A DNA stretch of 64,000 bases, taken from contig NC_043002.1 in the NCBI RefSeq assembly GCF_006345805.1, forward strand, positions 83,390,001 through 83,454,000, written 5' to 3'. This DNA is from Octopus sinensis. Its lineage: Eukaryota. Below the pieces are notes generated by a model that was not told the DNA's origin, did not search any database, and saw nothing but the letters and a program-made list of their open reading frames with translations. The position numbers and the translations under genes were made by a program. This document shows positions 24,517-38,105 of this stretch, piece by piece. Every line of letters begins with the position of its first letter. Positions within the stretch are counted from its first letter, which is position 1.

Positions 24517-24733
24517 CCCTTTAGCATTCATATTACTCTTTCAAATGTAATGCTTACTCATTCACATTGTTTTAAATTTAATCATAGCTCATCTCATAGC
24601 TTCAAGATTTCAATGATGTGATTGTTTTTAGAATGACATTGTAGGGTAGGTATGAGAGGCTGAATATAGCCAGTCTCGACACAAAACAGGCAGAATATTT
24701 GGACCACATATGGCTGGTTTAAATCTTGAAGGG
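24517..24733. mobile_element. piggyBac-type MITE; a diverged relative lies at ~36930-37145
   Basis: TTAA|CCCTTTAGCATT ... AATCTTGAAGGG|TTAA. Confidence 0.8.
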
Positions 24734-24829
24734 TTAATGCTTACTTTTCCACTTGTATGACTTTGATGTTCTCCCTCTTATCAACCCTCATTTGTTTCCC
24801 AGCATACTAATATTTCCGGGTTCTTGGTG

Positions 24830-25445
24830 GGTTCTTATTTTATTGATCCTAAGAAGGATGAAAGGCAAAGTTGACCTCGGTAAGATTTGAACTTGGGGCA
24901 TTGAGAACTGTAATTAATAATGCAAAGTATCTTATTCAAAACTCTTATGACTCTGCCATCCACTTTCAACATAATAGTAATAATAATTCTTTCTACTATA
25001 TGCACATGGCCTGGAATTTAAGGGGAGGGTGGGGGCTAGTCAATTACATTGACCCTAGTACTTGACTGGTACTTAATTTATCCTCCCCGAAAGAATGAAA
25101 GCAATGTCAACCTCGGCAGAATTTGAACTCAGACCATAAAGACATAAAATGCCGCTAAGTATTTTGCCTGGCATGCTAATGATTCTGCCAGCTCACCACC
25201 TTAAAAGGATAAGGATAAAGATCCCTTCTGAATCATATAGACTCAGAAGGGCTGGTTTCCTGGTTTCTATGGCATATATTCCCCACCGGGACGGGATGCC
25301 TGTCCATTGCAGTGTTACTCATTTTTGCCAGCTGAGTGGACTGGAGCAATATGAAATGAAGTGTTTTGCTCAAGAACACAACGTGTCACCCACCCCAGGA
25401 ATCGAAACCACAATCTTAACAACTAACATCCTAACAACTAAGCCA
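24830..25445 (-). mobile_element. Two family B SINEs (24830-24960, 25040-25200) and a family D-related SINE (25205-25445)
   Basis: GAAAGGCAAAGTTGACCTCGG and ATTTGAACTC motifs; GCTGAGTGGACTGGAGCAA...GTGTTTTGCTCAAGAACACAAC (also at 61610-61835). Confidence 0.75.
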
Positions 25446-26387
25446 TGCACCACCATGATAATAATGTTTGCCTGTTGAAATTTAGTTTTTTTTTTTTTTA
25501 AATATGCAAGTATACATGTTTATATACACACATGCACACACAGAAATAGAAACACGAACATGTACTCGCACAATATTTCAGACCAAGATTTGAAGACTCA
25601 AGTAGAAGTGGTCTTTGGTGGTGGGATGGTGTTGAAAATGTTCATTGTAATTTAGTTTAACATACATTTTTTTGTCAATGTGTGTGTGTGTGTCTATGTT
25701 GCTGAACTAGATTATTATATTGAAGGGATTAAGTATTTCAGAATCCCCTGATTGATCATATTTGTTGATAATGACAATAAAATAAGCATTATGCAATAGA
25801 TAGAAAGCCAAAGAATACAGCAAATTATTGCATTTCTTTTATTCTTCTTGAGTTTTGTTACTTGGACTTTTACATTTTTGATAAAACAATAAACATAGCA
25901 TTGATAATTACGAAGAAAGATAAGATAAAAGAAATAAATGAAACAAAGCAAACAAAAAGAAAAAAAGAAAAAGAAAAAGGCAAGTTCAGAAAAATAATTT
26001 CACTTGGTTGCTATATGACAGGAAATTGGGTTATTGGTAAGGTATTTTGTTGGTAATTACAAAGATCACATTTTGAATACTGATATCTTCATTTTGCAGA
26101 TTAATTCTGCAGTCAGGAGAAGAAACTGATGCAAAGTCTTCTAGAGAAAAGGCATAATGTGCACACACACATACACACACACACATGCATATGCATACAC
26201 ATCAACACTGGTAGTTTTATGTCTTATTTTGTGCACTGACATGGGTTGGACTGGTTTGAAAGACATCAGCTTCCCTGTATCTTAGTCTTCAAAATATCAA
26301 ATTTCATTGAGTACTTTTTGCCTTTGGAACTCTTCTTACTACAAAGAGGTAAATGGCAAATTAGGTTAACAGAAATTGTGTGGGAAC

Positions 26388-26623
26388 AATAAGGTGGCGA
26401 GCTGGCAGAAACGTTAGCACGGCGGGCGAAATGCTTTGCAGTTTTTCGTCTGTCTTTACGTTCTGAGTTCAAATTCCACCGAGGTCAACTTTGCCTTTCA
26501 TCCTTTCGGGGTCGATAAATTAAGTACCAGTTACGCACTGGGCCGATGTAATCAACTTAATCCCCTTGTCTGTCCTTGTTTGACCCCTCTATGTTTAGCC
26601 CCTTTGTGGGCAATAAAGAAATA
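26388..26623 (+). mobile_element. Full-length family B SINE with 17-bp TSD
   Basis: TSD AGAAATTGTGTGGGAAC at 26371-26387 and 26624-26640. Confidence 0.92.
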
Positions 26624-26844
26624 AGAAATTGTGTGGGAACCTGCCTGATGAGCTGTACCAATATTTCAAGGGACCAAACTTCTCTCTCTCCCTCTCTCAC
26701 ACACACACATATACATTATCAATCTGATTCTGTCCAAGGATTATGTTAAGCAAACCTTTCTATGATGGATGTGCATTTATATCTCCATAAACATACATAT
26801 ATGTACGTGTGTGTGTGTGTGTGTGTGTATGGTGCATGGGAACA

Positions 26845-27255
26845 GACATAGCTATGTATTGTTGAAACTTTGCTTCTCAACCACAAGATTTTAGGGTTCA
26901 GTCCCACTGTGTGGCGTCTTGGACAAGTGTCTTATGCTGTAGCCCCAGGTCAGCTTAAGATTCATGAGTGGATTTGGTGGATGGAAACTGAAAGAAGCCC
27001 ATTGTATACATACATGTGTTTGTGTCTGTGTTTTGAAATCCTACAATAGTTGTAAATGAGCATCACTTTCATACATTCAGGTTCCTTCATTTCCAGTCTT
27101 CTGCAAGTACATATTTAACCATGGGTAATTGTTATCTTGCTTGGAAACAGGTGAGGGTTTGGCAACAAGAAGGGCATCCTGCTGTAGATAATCTGTTTCA
27201 GTGAATTCTGTCTTACTCATGCAAGCATGGAAAATAGACATTAAAAGGATCATGA
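26845..27255 (+). mobile_element. Chimeric SINE: family A head/body with family C-type 3' module (also 30475-30870, 55945-56375, 60990-61360, 62955-63275)
   Basis: The GGGTTCAGTCCCACTG...GGAAACTGAAAGAAG head is followed by TTGCTTGGAAACAGGTGAGGGTTTGGCAACAAGAAGGGCATCC...GCAAGCATGGAAA and an ATG tail. Confidence 0.7.
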
Positions 27256-30200
27256 TGTGTGTGTGTGTGTGGACGATTTATTATTTTAGGGCTCCAAACA
27301 TTTTTATAATGTTTGAGGAGTCATAATTAAATGTTTTCTCCAACACTAACTATTCAGTCTTGAATTAAAAGTCAGCCAGGTAGACTGAAGCAAGCACCAT
27401 TATGTGCTATGGTTGATGATGATCCTGCATGCATATTATATATGCAAATGATTGTAACTTTTATAACCCTCTATAGAAAAAGATGTTTATGCTCTGATTC
27501 TTCTATATGTGATGTTACTGGTGTTAACATTAAAATAAAATAATAATTAAAAAATCTACTTTTTGAGACACCAGTGCTTGTTGGTTGAATGAACAGCCTT
27601 TCTCACCATTTTTCTGTTCCATTAAAAACTCATGTGTTGTTGAGAAATATGTGTTCCTTGCCCAAGAGAAATGTTATTAATGAAGATATCCACCTATGAT
27701 TTTGGAAAAGCCAACTCACTAATATATAGAAATGATTCTGATTACAGGAAAGTGATCAAAACTGGTATAACCTTTGAGACCATATTCCTTCTGAATATAT
27801 ACAGAGTATATGTTTAAATTAATTCTTAAAAATAATCAAAAGTGGAAAGGATTTTAAAAAATAATTCACACTTTGTTCAATAAGCTGTTGTTTGGAACAT
27901 AATAAATGATTTATTACATAAAGCAGTGATGGGAAGGTTTTATTTTCAATATAAACATTTTAAAACAGGGATTAAAAAAAAAACATTTTATCCTCGAACC
28001 AGAAGAAGTCTCCATTTTGGTTGTTAAGAAAAGAGAGAAAAGTTGCAATAATATGATGCATGTTTATTTACTGTCTGTCTGTCTGTGACCTAGAAGAGAC
28101 ACATGGAAACATTTGAGTGTTTTTATTAGAAATGGCACAGATGGATATCACATGAATAAACTTTATTCCAGATATAGCTGTCATTAAATATAGTAAGAAT
28201 AGTTGTGTCACCTCTAACGAATCAACCATAGTATAAAAATTAAAAAAACACCACCACCAAAACATACATTGGTAATGGTTAGGTCACATTATATGTGGAG
28301 ATCACAGTCAAATATCTTTTGTGTGGAAAAATAACTTGCATCAAATAATCACAAAGCAAATCCAGTGAGACTGCATTTATTGAAACCATTTTAAGAAGGG
28401 TTAACACTAGTCTTAGAAAGCCATAATAGTAGTATTGATATTTTGGATGTGTGTGGTTTGCAAAGAGATTCCCTGTTTGATAGGTATAGGATGGGAAGTC
28501 ACCATTATAGGCATTGGATTAGAGAAAATGGCTGCATCAAGCAATGAGTGGTTTTCTTAATCAGAGTGTGGAAGATAGTTGTTCACACTGTATACTTCAC
28601 AAATAATATCGTTTGTTATGTAAAGTATACTTTAAGATCACATATAGTCACATTCAGCTGTGTTGATTGCTGTTGTACACACATGTACATTGACATATAT
28701 ATTTATCATTGGTGTTTATGTTTTAACACCACTTATATTTATTCATATTAATAAATAGGAGAAAAGTGTTTGGTATCATAGTAGAGTATATTAATATATT
28801 GCAGCTGATCCAGTTGACTGTTACTCTGGAGTTTCTTCAGTTTTGTTGCTTCATTGGACAGAATAAATTGGACAAAAAAGTACAGGCCACTTCTAATGAG
28901 AGCAGATGGGACTGGAGTGTATGTTTCTTTGGTTGCACAGTGAACAAGTGGATGAAAATATGTGATCAACTGATTCTCTGATAGTATTCCAGTGGCTTTT
29001 AGCCATGGTAAACCATAGCTAAAAAAAAGTACTGGCGAGGAGAAAGTGGTGGATAAGGAGGGTAGATAGGTGACATTGTGATATCTACCTTCAAAATTAA
29101 GAATTACTACAAGTTAAAAGTTTAGTAGTAAGGCTAAAGTAGTGAAATGTGACAAGTCTGTATCTGATGAGATAATCAGATGGCGAATTTGTATTACATA
29201 ACTTGTATGGACAGAAATGGGATGCAGATGCAAGCTGTAATGCCGAGATCTCCTACTCAAATGAAATATCAAAACAAAACTCATAAAAGTATACAGTGCC
29301 ACACACATGCTACACTGTGTGCACATTTTGGTGTTCATTATTCACTTTGGTGCATCGCAGTGTACAGGCAGTTTTTTTTTTAATTGCTATCCTAGTGTAA
29401 CAAATGCGGCAGAATATACATATACACAGAATGGATGAAATAGTAAGATAAAAGCAGAGAGGTAGGAGGGCATAAATGGGTAATGTATGGGATAGATAAT
29501 TAGACAATGGGTGCAATAGATAGTGCTATGTTGTCACTCAACTTACTAGCTGTACCTATATGTATATACCTGAATCTCTCTATCACTGTATATTCATACA
29601 TATGTTAAAGCTGGACACTAATGTGTGTGTGTTTGTGACTCTGTAGTTTTGTCCAAGAATATGACAAAATCTCTAGTGATAGTGCTGTGAACATATGCAC
29701 TCTATAACTCTATAAAGAGGTTGGTGGCAGGAAATGTAAACTGCCATATAAAACAAACCATGATATGGTCCTCCTACCAATCTAGGAGTGTAGTAACTTT
29801 AAATAAGAACTGACTTGGACTGTGATAACCTGTCCAAAGCATGAAAATATACGTGTGCGTGTGTATGTGTCAATGTCAGTGTCAGTCTCAGAGATTGGTA
29901 TAGTGTGATATAAAGCAAAGCAAAGGTATTGGAATATGACTTCTTGAATTTGTACCTTTTGTTGTATTTGGTATTTATGTATGTATGTGATAAGCTGGAA
30001 CCACAACTCACACCCTTTTTTTTTACCTGTTATTGCAACTGAGAAACATTTGCAGCTCCCTGATGGAGTGCTGTTAGTAACTTACAAAAGCTAGCAAAGC
30101 TAAACGAAAAAAGAAAAAGAAAAAACCCCTGTTGCAATCAGCCTTTGTGATTATGCATACTTATACCTTCAAAGGGATGTCTGGATGGTTGTGGTTGAAT

Positions 30201-31484
30201 AACTATGAATAATCAACAATTGACAGCAGAGAGAGATGTGAGGAGGGAGAAGAGTAAGTGTTCAAGAAATAATCTAATGTTGGTCCTACATTGAAGGATT
30301 ATGCTGATATTGTTGCTAAGGAACAGTGTTGCTGTTGTTCGTATTTTGAAATATCTGGCTATAAATCATATTAACATTTTTTTATCTTTTGCATTTGCCA
30401 TGATGTAATATTGCTGATTACTGTATCAAAGATTAAAGACAAGATGCAAAACTCAGTTCCATATTCTGTTTTGGCACAGGCTTGGTTGTGTGGTTAAGAA
30501 TCTCACTTGACGACATTGTTTCAGGGTTCATTCCCACTGCACAGCATTTTGTATGAGTGACTTCTTCTGTAGCCTGGACTGACCAAAGCCTTGTGAGTGG
30601 AAAATGTAGGAAGCCTATCGTGTGTGTGTGTGTGCGTGTGCAGGTACATTTTAGCTTCACATCATGCACCAGTTGTAAACAAATGTACAATCATACTAGC
30701 AGTGCTTGTCTGCAAACTTCCATGAAAACATTACTGGCCATTGTGTTGTTTGTGTTCAGAGGACTTGGACAAATATTACCTTGCTTGGAAACAAGTGAAG
30801 GTTAGCAACAGGAAGAGTATCCAACTGTAGAAAACCTGCTTCACTGATTTTCATCTGACCTGTGTAATCACCTCTAATATGAGAATTGGAATAAAATAAA
30901 TAGGAGAATATGCACTGTTACTTGATAGGTTAATCAAATGTTAATCTGTTGACTGCATTTGTGTCATTTCTCTGCTCATGTACATCTAATCAGAGTTATC
31001 CGGCTGGAAATTAGTGTCATGTGCAGTTAGGTATGCTAATTTGTTATCTAATAGGTTATCATCCTTCTAGGTAAAAGGTTTAGTTTCCGAGCTTGTAGAA
31101 ACTTGAAATTGATAGAAATTATACAAAATGTTTTAATATTTTATATAATTCCTACTAATTTCTAGTTTTATTGTGTTAACCTTTTAACTGTGAAATTAAA
31201 TTTCATGGTTATTCCAGTTATAAAAATGAATAAAAGTAAAACTATTTTCTACAAGTCACATTGCTTTAATAAACTTGACAAAAGATAGATTGGTATATAA
31301 AACTGCTCTCCACAGTTATAAGCAATGGAATTTTGAGTGAATATATCAGATTTCTGCAAGTAGCCGGGTTAACCAAAATTCTTATCTTTCATGATAATGA
31401 GGAAGATAAGATCATATGAATATTTATGGATACTTGATCTAGTACAATGTTTTATGTGATATCTTTTGTCACTTAACTTTTTGT

Positions 31485-31655
31485 TTCAGTCATTAGACTG
31501 TGACCATGCTGGGCACCACCTTGAATTTTTAGTCAAATCAACCCCAGTACTTACCTATTCTTTTAAGACTGATACGTATTCTATCGGTCTCTTTTGCTGA
31601 ACTGCTAAGTTATGGGGACGTAGACACACCAGCACTGGTTGTGAAACAGTGGTAG
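31485..31655 (-). mobile_element. Family A SINE 3' part
   Basis: Reverse complement of the family A tail region. Confidence 0.75.
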
Positions 31656-31659
31656 GGAC

Positions 31660-33260
31660 AAATGCCTTATTACTCTGACATAAGAAAGCAATTTCATTAT
31701 AAACGTCACAAAAGGTGTATTTTCCATCATGAAAATGTACAAAAAACTGTCAGCTGGAGGAGAGAGAGATTGTTGGAGGTTGGCAAATCTCATACCATTG
31801 CATAATTTTGGGGAATCGAGACTTCTTAAAAGCATAACTGGGGCTCCAACCTTTAGATGAAATTCATGTGGTAGAAGACCTGAAGGTGCAAGGCTATTGA
31901 GGAATTCAACGGGGTAATGAACAGCATCACTGGTATGGAGCACAGTATCAATTGACTTGTATGTGCGACGATTGCCAGGCAGTTGTTCCAGAAGGTAATT
32001 GTTTACGCCATCGACTGCGACATTTTTTGGCACCAAAATTGCATGTTTTCTCAGCCAACAGTGGTCTGTGAATCGTGTGTTCAGATTAGGGAAAACTCTC
32101 ACCAATAGTTCATGTATATTTGACACCAAATTGCCAAAGGGTAAACTAATCTTCCCCTTCTGCTCAACAATTACAATATCCATTAATTGCCTGTAGAAGT
32201 TCTCCATGTGCACATCTATTTCTTTACTGCCCACAAGGGGTTAAACATAGAGGGGACAAACAAGGACAGACAAAGGGATTAAGTCGATTACATCGACCCC
32301 TGTGTGAAACTTGTACTTTATTTATCGACCCTGAAAGGATGAAAGGCAAAGTTGACCTTGGTGGAATTTGAACTCAGAACGTAGCAGCAGACGAAATACT
32401 GCTAAGCATTTCACCCAGCATGCTAATGTTTCTGCCAGCTCACCGCCTTTACATTTTTTTTTTCAGACAAAATGATTAACAGCATTTCTCTAGTGTTTGT
32501 TGTGAGTTTCAACTTTCTAACCTTGCTCCAAAGGTATGAAGATTTGATTCTCACATCTACCTCATATGCTTTTGTCCCCTTTGGAACGACTGGGAGTGTT
32601 TGTAGAAAGTCATCTGCAAGGAGTACTGATCAAGGAGTAATGATCAATTTGCACTCAGTGGACGACTGAGATCAGGCAGCTCATCCATCCTCTCTAGAGC
32701 ACATTTCAAGCTATTCACATAGGTATGAGTTGAATGAAACATTGTCTGTAATTTTGCAATCAAACGTTTGTCAACACCTTCATTCAGCCTGCACCACTGG
32801 TCAACTTACTCATCGTCACCACCCATAAAATACACCTGGACAAATTTCGACTCTGCATCTGGTAAAGGTTTTAGGCTCCCTACTCAATGATAGCATTGAC
32901 CCCTGACTTTGAAAGTTGAAAAGTGACCTTGTCGGGTGAACTCACCCTCAGCACCGAATGATGTCATCATGAAGGATGCGTTGTATTTCCATATTTTATG
33001 ATGGAAATTGATACCATCGGGAGTGTTTTGTAGAAGAAGCTGCAGTAATACATCTGGTGGATCTTGCTGTCTGACCAGCCTCATACTGCCTTTGAAGCAG
33101 CATATAGAAGGAGTTTCATTTGGCCGTTTTAGATCCTTGCAATAAGAACAAACAGCATTCATTTTGCCAATAGGCACTTGATGATTCATTGTGGGGATAA
33201 TAACATTCACACTCACTGATGGTTGCTCTCAGTAACTGCCTTTAGCTTACAGGAGTTCTT
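31660..33260 (-). mobile_element. Helitron RepHel remnant with multiple internal deletions (N-terminal Zn/Helitron_like_N region plus PIF1 helicase parts)
   Basis: IGKMNAVCSYC...ICCFKG...YNASFMMTSFGA...FSTFKVRGQCYH; then VLLADDFLQTLPVVPKGT; AILVPKN...YPVEFLNSLAPSGLLPH..LKVGAPVMLLRSLDSPKLCNG; and a C-terminal-like SPADSF..HDGKY..VYNE. Confidence 0.9.
32218..32448 (-). mobile_element. Family B SINE inserted into the Helitron helicase region
   Basis: Matches the other family B copies and interrupts the helicase reading frame. Confidence 0.88.
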
Positions 33261-33869
33261 GTTTTTATAATTATCGAAAAGCAGCCAGAAGGATAAACAT
33301 ATTGTTGAGAACAAATGATTTTGTTGGAGGTCTGTTATCTCCATTCCAGTCCCTGGTGGCCTAGAAGAGGTTAGAAGGGTCAAGTGGCAAAGACATTATT
33401 CTGCTTAATGAGGGCATCTAGGAAATGTACAACTGCTGTCATTCACAGAAAAACTATTGTTTTACTGTGTGAAAAGCGCTGTTGAAGTGTTAAGGGAAAT
33501 TTGGTAATTGAGGATCGAATCCACGCTATGCCTGCATGAAGCCGCTACAAATACATTGTGGAAAAAAAATTTATCTACTGTCATGGAAAAAGTGTAACTG
33601 TAAAATGCAGAATTATCAGAGTAATGGGCATTCAAAAAAGTATGTTTGTATAGAAATGTATGAATGAAGTCTTTAAGGTTTAAGATTCAAATTAAAGAAG
33701 TGCGATAATAATGTTTAGCAGTTCAAAATTATGAGTAGCGAAATGCAGAATTAGGTCGGCTGATCGAGAGAATGAAATATTGATCGCTTTGCTAAAGACT
33801 GCAGGTGGTATGGGTTATTACCCTTGGATTGTTTAAATAAAATATTAGTAATATGTAGTAGAGAGAAGG

Positions 33870-34335
33870 ATCCATTGGAAGGGCCCTATTATCAATTTTT
33901 TTTTCAACAATCTAAGTATGTCACGAGGTTTCCAGACATGAGTTCTACTCAAGTGTCAAATAGAGTATAAAAGTGATATTGTCTGCAAAAATTAGAAATT
34001 GGACACACAAAAAAATCAATATTCAAAGTAATCGAACATAAACAATGAAATGTGTTATTTCCCTTGAGTGTTTAAAAAAAATATTGTGCAGGTGCTATGA
34101 GTTATTTCCCTTGGGTGTTTTGAAAAATAATTAGTTATATGAGGTATAAAAGTCCCTTCCAGGGGCTTTATTATCAATTTTTTCAAATATGTATAGCATG
34201 AGGTTTCCAGACATGCGTTCTACTCACATGTCAAGTTTCATCAAACTCAATAAAACGATGTAGGAGTAGTTAGCTAAAAACGCCACAAACACACACCAAT
34301 TTTTCCACATATGTAGTTAATTTTTATATATGATT
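33870..34335 (+). mobile_element. Non-autonomous Helentron-type element with an internal duplication
   Basis: TTATTATCAATTTTTT...GAGGTTTCCAGACATG.GTTCTACTCA occurs twice (~33887, ~34167). The end AAGTTTCATCAAA...TAGGAGTAGTTAGC...ACACACAC...TATATATGAT is typical of HINE/DINE-like 3' ends. Confidence 0.55.
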
Positions 34336-34815
34336 GGATTCTTTCAGTTTCCATCTACCAAATCCACTCAAGGTTTTGGTTGGCCTGAGACTGCAGTAGA
34401 AGATGCTTGCCCAAGGTGCAATGCAGTGAGACTGAACCCAGAACCATGTGCTTAAGAAGCAAACTTATTTGCACACAGCCATGCCTGCGCCTATATATAT
34501 GTGATGGATGTTTATCTTCCTATCACCCCTTGGAAACTGTGTTTCCATTAGTTTTTCAGATTGCTAATACTATCTGTTAGTTTCAACTTTTAACAGGAAT
34601 GTCATCATTTGGTGATGGAGTACAATTTGAACTCCCAATTTATACAGTCTGAAAAGATACCGCAAAGCATCTTACCCTACACTCTATCTGCCAATTCACC
34701 CTTAAAAGGATGAAAGACAAAGCTAACCTTGATGGGATTTGAACTCAGAATGCAGAGGGTCAGAATGAACATTCTGAAATGTTTTGTCCAACACTCAAAT
34801 GACTACCATTTCACT
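34335..34815 (-). mobile_element. Diverged family A (34335-34495) and family B (34590-34815) SINE pieces
   Basis: Motif similarity to the other copies. Confidence 0.65.
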
Positions 34816-35143
34816 GTACATCTAACTCCAGTATTTTGAATATATCTGAATCTTAACATACAATGTTTTAACAAACGTTTATCATACCTGCAAATATATT
34901 GTAGTTATGATCAAACACATCTGTTCAGCTTATCATAACATCTATTTTTCCCATTCTTGTATGTGTCAGATGAGAGTAAGTAGGGACAAATTTTCTATAA
35001 GCAGATGCCCTTTTTCTCTTCTTGACATCAAACCCTACTTGTTTCCAAGTGAGATACTAATCTTCCAGCCTATAAAAAAAAACAAAAAAAAACAGCCTGA
35101 ACATGATTGAGCGGAGAACTGGAAACAGATGACACTGATTTAA

Positions 35144-35365
35144 CCCTTTCGTTACCGTATTTATTTTGAGATGCTTTGTATTCCTTTCAATTAATTTTAA
35201 ATATAACAAAGAATTTAGTAAAATAACTTAGTTATCATTAAGTCACTGTTAGGAACATAAATTGTGACTAAGGTTTGGTGGAAGATTTTAATTCAAAACT
35301 TATGAAAACAAGACATTTGTACTCAAGAGCCAGAGCCGGTTTCAGCCGGGTTGGTAATGAAAGGG
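35144..35365. mobile_element. piggyBac-type MITE (222 bp)
   Basis: TTAA|CCCTTTCGTTACC ... GGTAATGAAAGGG|TTAA. Confidence 0.9.
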
Positions 35366-36340
35366 TTAATGAGCCTTTTGCTTATAAAAGTTATGCAACC
35401 TGTGAAGAAACCTAAACATGCTTTTCTGGTAGACTGCAAGCAAATGATACCATTTGCTTGCAAGGCCATTGTTTACAACCAGTGTCAGTCTGGGGCTATA
35501 GTACAAACCATATGCCCAAGGTGCCGGGCATGAGGACTGAACCCAAAGCCACATAGTTAGAAAATTGGCTTCTTATCCAAACAACCATATCTCCATCTCG
35601 CTTTTTTAGAATTGTTTCCCTGAGTTATTTCTGCATTTTGTATTTATATCCTGTTCCACTTCTACAGACATGGCTATATACTGCTATAAATGTCATATCA
35701 TTTATTACATATATAACACATACTGCACACTTTTCCATTTGTTTTTCTATACTAAAATGGATCACAAGAACCTCTGTAAATTGGCTCAATGTTTGTTTGT
35801 TTGTTTGTCAAGCCACCCACTCACCTCCTCTATATAGTATTATAAATATGGCTGTGCGCATACCACAGCTCAAGCTTATGTTATTTTCTATGTTTGACAT
35901 TATTATTTCGTGTATGAGTTGGTTAGAAAGCAGTAGCATGTTGCTCTAGATAGGTTATTGTATTCTAGTTTCCACCTTTGAATACAATTGAAGTCAGCTT
36001 TCATGTGATCTTGGTTGTTTAGTTCCAGGTTAGCTCTTATTGAGCAGAGAAGAGGCCTGTTGAAATTTTCATCTAACTCCACACACTGTTCAAAATACCT
36101 TATCATTCAAAAACTCTTTTTCAAAACAGAAAATAAATGCTGAATAACATGGTCATAGATATAGGACTGAAAAGTAAGGTGAGATGTTAATGGTTGGGAT
36201 GTGAGTCAACTTAGGTGAGCTTGATTGATAAAAATAGAGATGATATAATGAATTCAGTTTAAACTATGATATAGCTGGTGTTCTGTCATTTCTTTTTTTA
36301 TTAAGTGAAAAGGGAATCATTATGTTATGATATGTTTGTT

Positions 36341-36668
36341 GGCTCAGTGGTTAGAGCATAGAGCTTACGATCATGAGGTTGTGAGTTCGATTCCCGGACC
36401 GGGCTGTGTGTTGTGTTCTTGAGCAAGACACTTTATTTCATGTTGCTCCAGTTAACTCAGCTGTAGAAATGAGTTGCGACATCACTGGTGCCAAGCTGTA
36501 TCGGCCCCTTTGCCTTTTCCTTGGACAACATCAGTGGTGTGGAGAGGGAAGCCTGGTATGCATGGGCGACTGCTGGCCTTCCACAAAACAACCTTGCCCG
36601 GACTTGTGCCTTGGAGGGTAACATTCTATGTGCAATACCATTGTCATTCATGACCAAAGGGGGCCGCC
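36341..36668 (+). mobile_element. tRNA-derived SINE, family D
   Basis: A box GGCTCAGTGGTTAGAGC, B box GAGTTCGATTCCCGG, CORE-like GTGTTCTTGAGCAAGACACTT. Second copy at 53651-53990. Confidence 0.88.
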
Positions 36669-37444
36669 TCCTCTTGTTTAAGATTACAAATGAAGTAATT
36701 TAAATCTTAGGATAAAAGCTGTGATGATAGTACCAAATAAAAAAGTACCCCGTACACTCTGTAAAGTACTTGGTGTTAGGAACACTTTCAGCTTTAAAAA
36801 CAAGCCAAAACAGACTGATGTGGCCCCTGGGCTTGCCAGTTCTTGCCAAGCTGTCCAACCCATGCCAGCATGGAAAATAGATGTTACATGATGATGATGA
36901 TGCTTGTGGTGATGATTTTAGTTTTGACAATTAAGCATTTAAACCAGCCATATCCACCCCCAAATATTCCACTTGTTTTATGTTCAGATCAGCCATATCT
37001 GGCCTCTCGTACCTATCTTATAATGTAATTCTAAAAATAAACAGTCATATCATTCAAATCTTAAAGGTATGAGATATTGCATGATTAATTCAAAACAATC
37101 AAAACAATGTGAATAAATAAGCATTGACAGAGTAACCTGAATGCTGCTGAAATGTTAGTGTAAACTAATCAGTTGAAGATGTGGGTTTTGGTGACCTGTC
37201 AAAAACCATTCCAGCAAAGTAAAACATGTCTCAGGTTGTTTCTGGTGATGGTGACCTATTTAGTCTATAATTTTATAGTAATTTAACTCATATGTCCAAT
37301 TTTTATTACAATCAAGGATTGAAATAGTTAGAGATATGGAATTGTGCCAGTGAATTATTTAAGCAAGAAGTTTTACGACACTCTTCTTATCTCAAACCAG
37401 TCCTAATTGTTGTAGAAATATTTGAACATGTTTTAATGGTCTGT

Positions 37445-37795
37445 CCCAGCAGTGGATTGGCAAAATTAGTAAAGCATCAGACAAAATGCCTTGTGTTATA
37501 TGTTTTGGTCCTATATATTTTGAGTTCAAATCCCAGCAAGGTCAACTTTGTCTTTCATCCTTAGAGTATTGAGAAATAAAGTGCCAGTCAAGTACTGAGG
37601 CCAGTTTACATCAACGACATAGATGTTCTCAGTTTCCTCAAGTAGTTACAGCTGAGCATCCCAAATAATACTGTATATACGAGAGTGGGTGGACAAATGA
37701 AAGAAGGGCACTCAACGCATTTCCATTGCCTGATGATAAGCTACATGAGCTTTGAAGCTGTAAGTAATACAGAATTTGAATTAAACTGTTTTGAT

Positions 37796-37842
<47 letters not shown>

Positions 37843-38105
37843 GTGTTAGGAAGAGTATCTGGCTGTAAAATCCCTACCAAAACAGACGCAGTAGCCTAGG
37901 GTAGTTTTTCTTGGAGAGGCACAAGCACCTACACACACATATACACACATGGCAGTAACTTCCGCCTACCAAATTCAATCACAAGGCTTTGGTCAGCTTG
38001 GGGCTATAGCAGAAGACACTTGCCCAAAGTGCCATGCGGTGGGACTGAACCCGAAACCATGTAGCTAGGAAGCAAGCTCCCTAGCCACACAGCCATGCCT
38101 GTGCC
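37445..38105. mobile_element. Diverged family B (37445-37600 +) and family A (37950-38105 -) SINE pieces around a (TA)n tract
   Basis: Motif similarity. Confidence 0.65.

Noticed and set aside
26640-26680. CTGATGAG as a hammerhead core
   Set aside because: No closing stem II or GAAA downstream.
36341-36415. tRNA gene
   Set aside because: The tRNA-like head continues into a SINE body with a second TSD-flanked copy at 53651-53990, and there is no proper acceptor stem or poly-T terminator.
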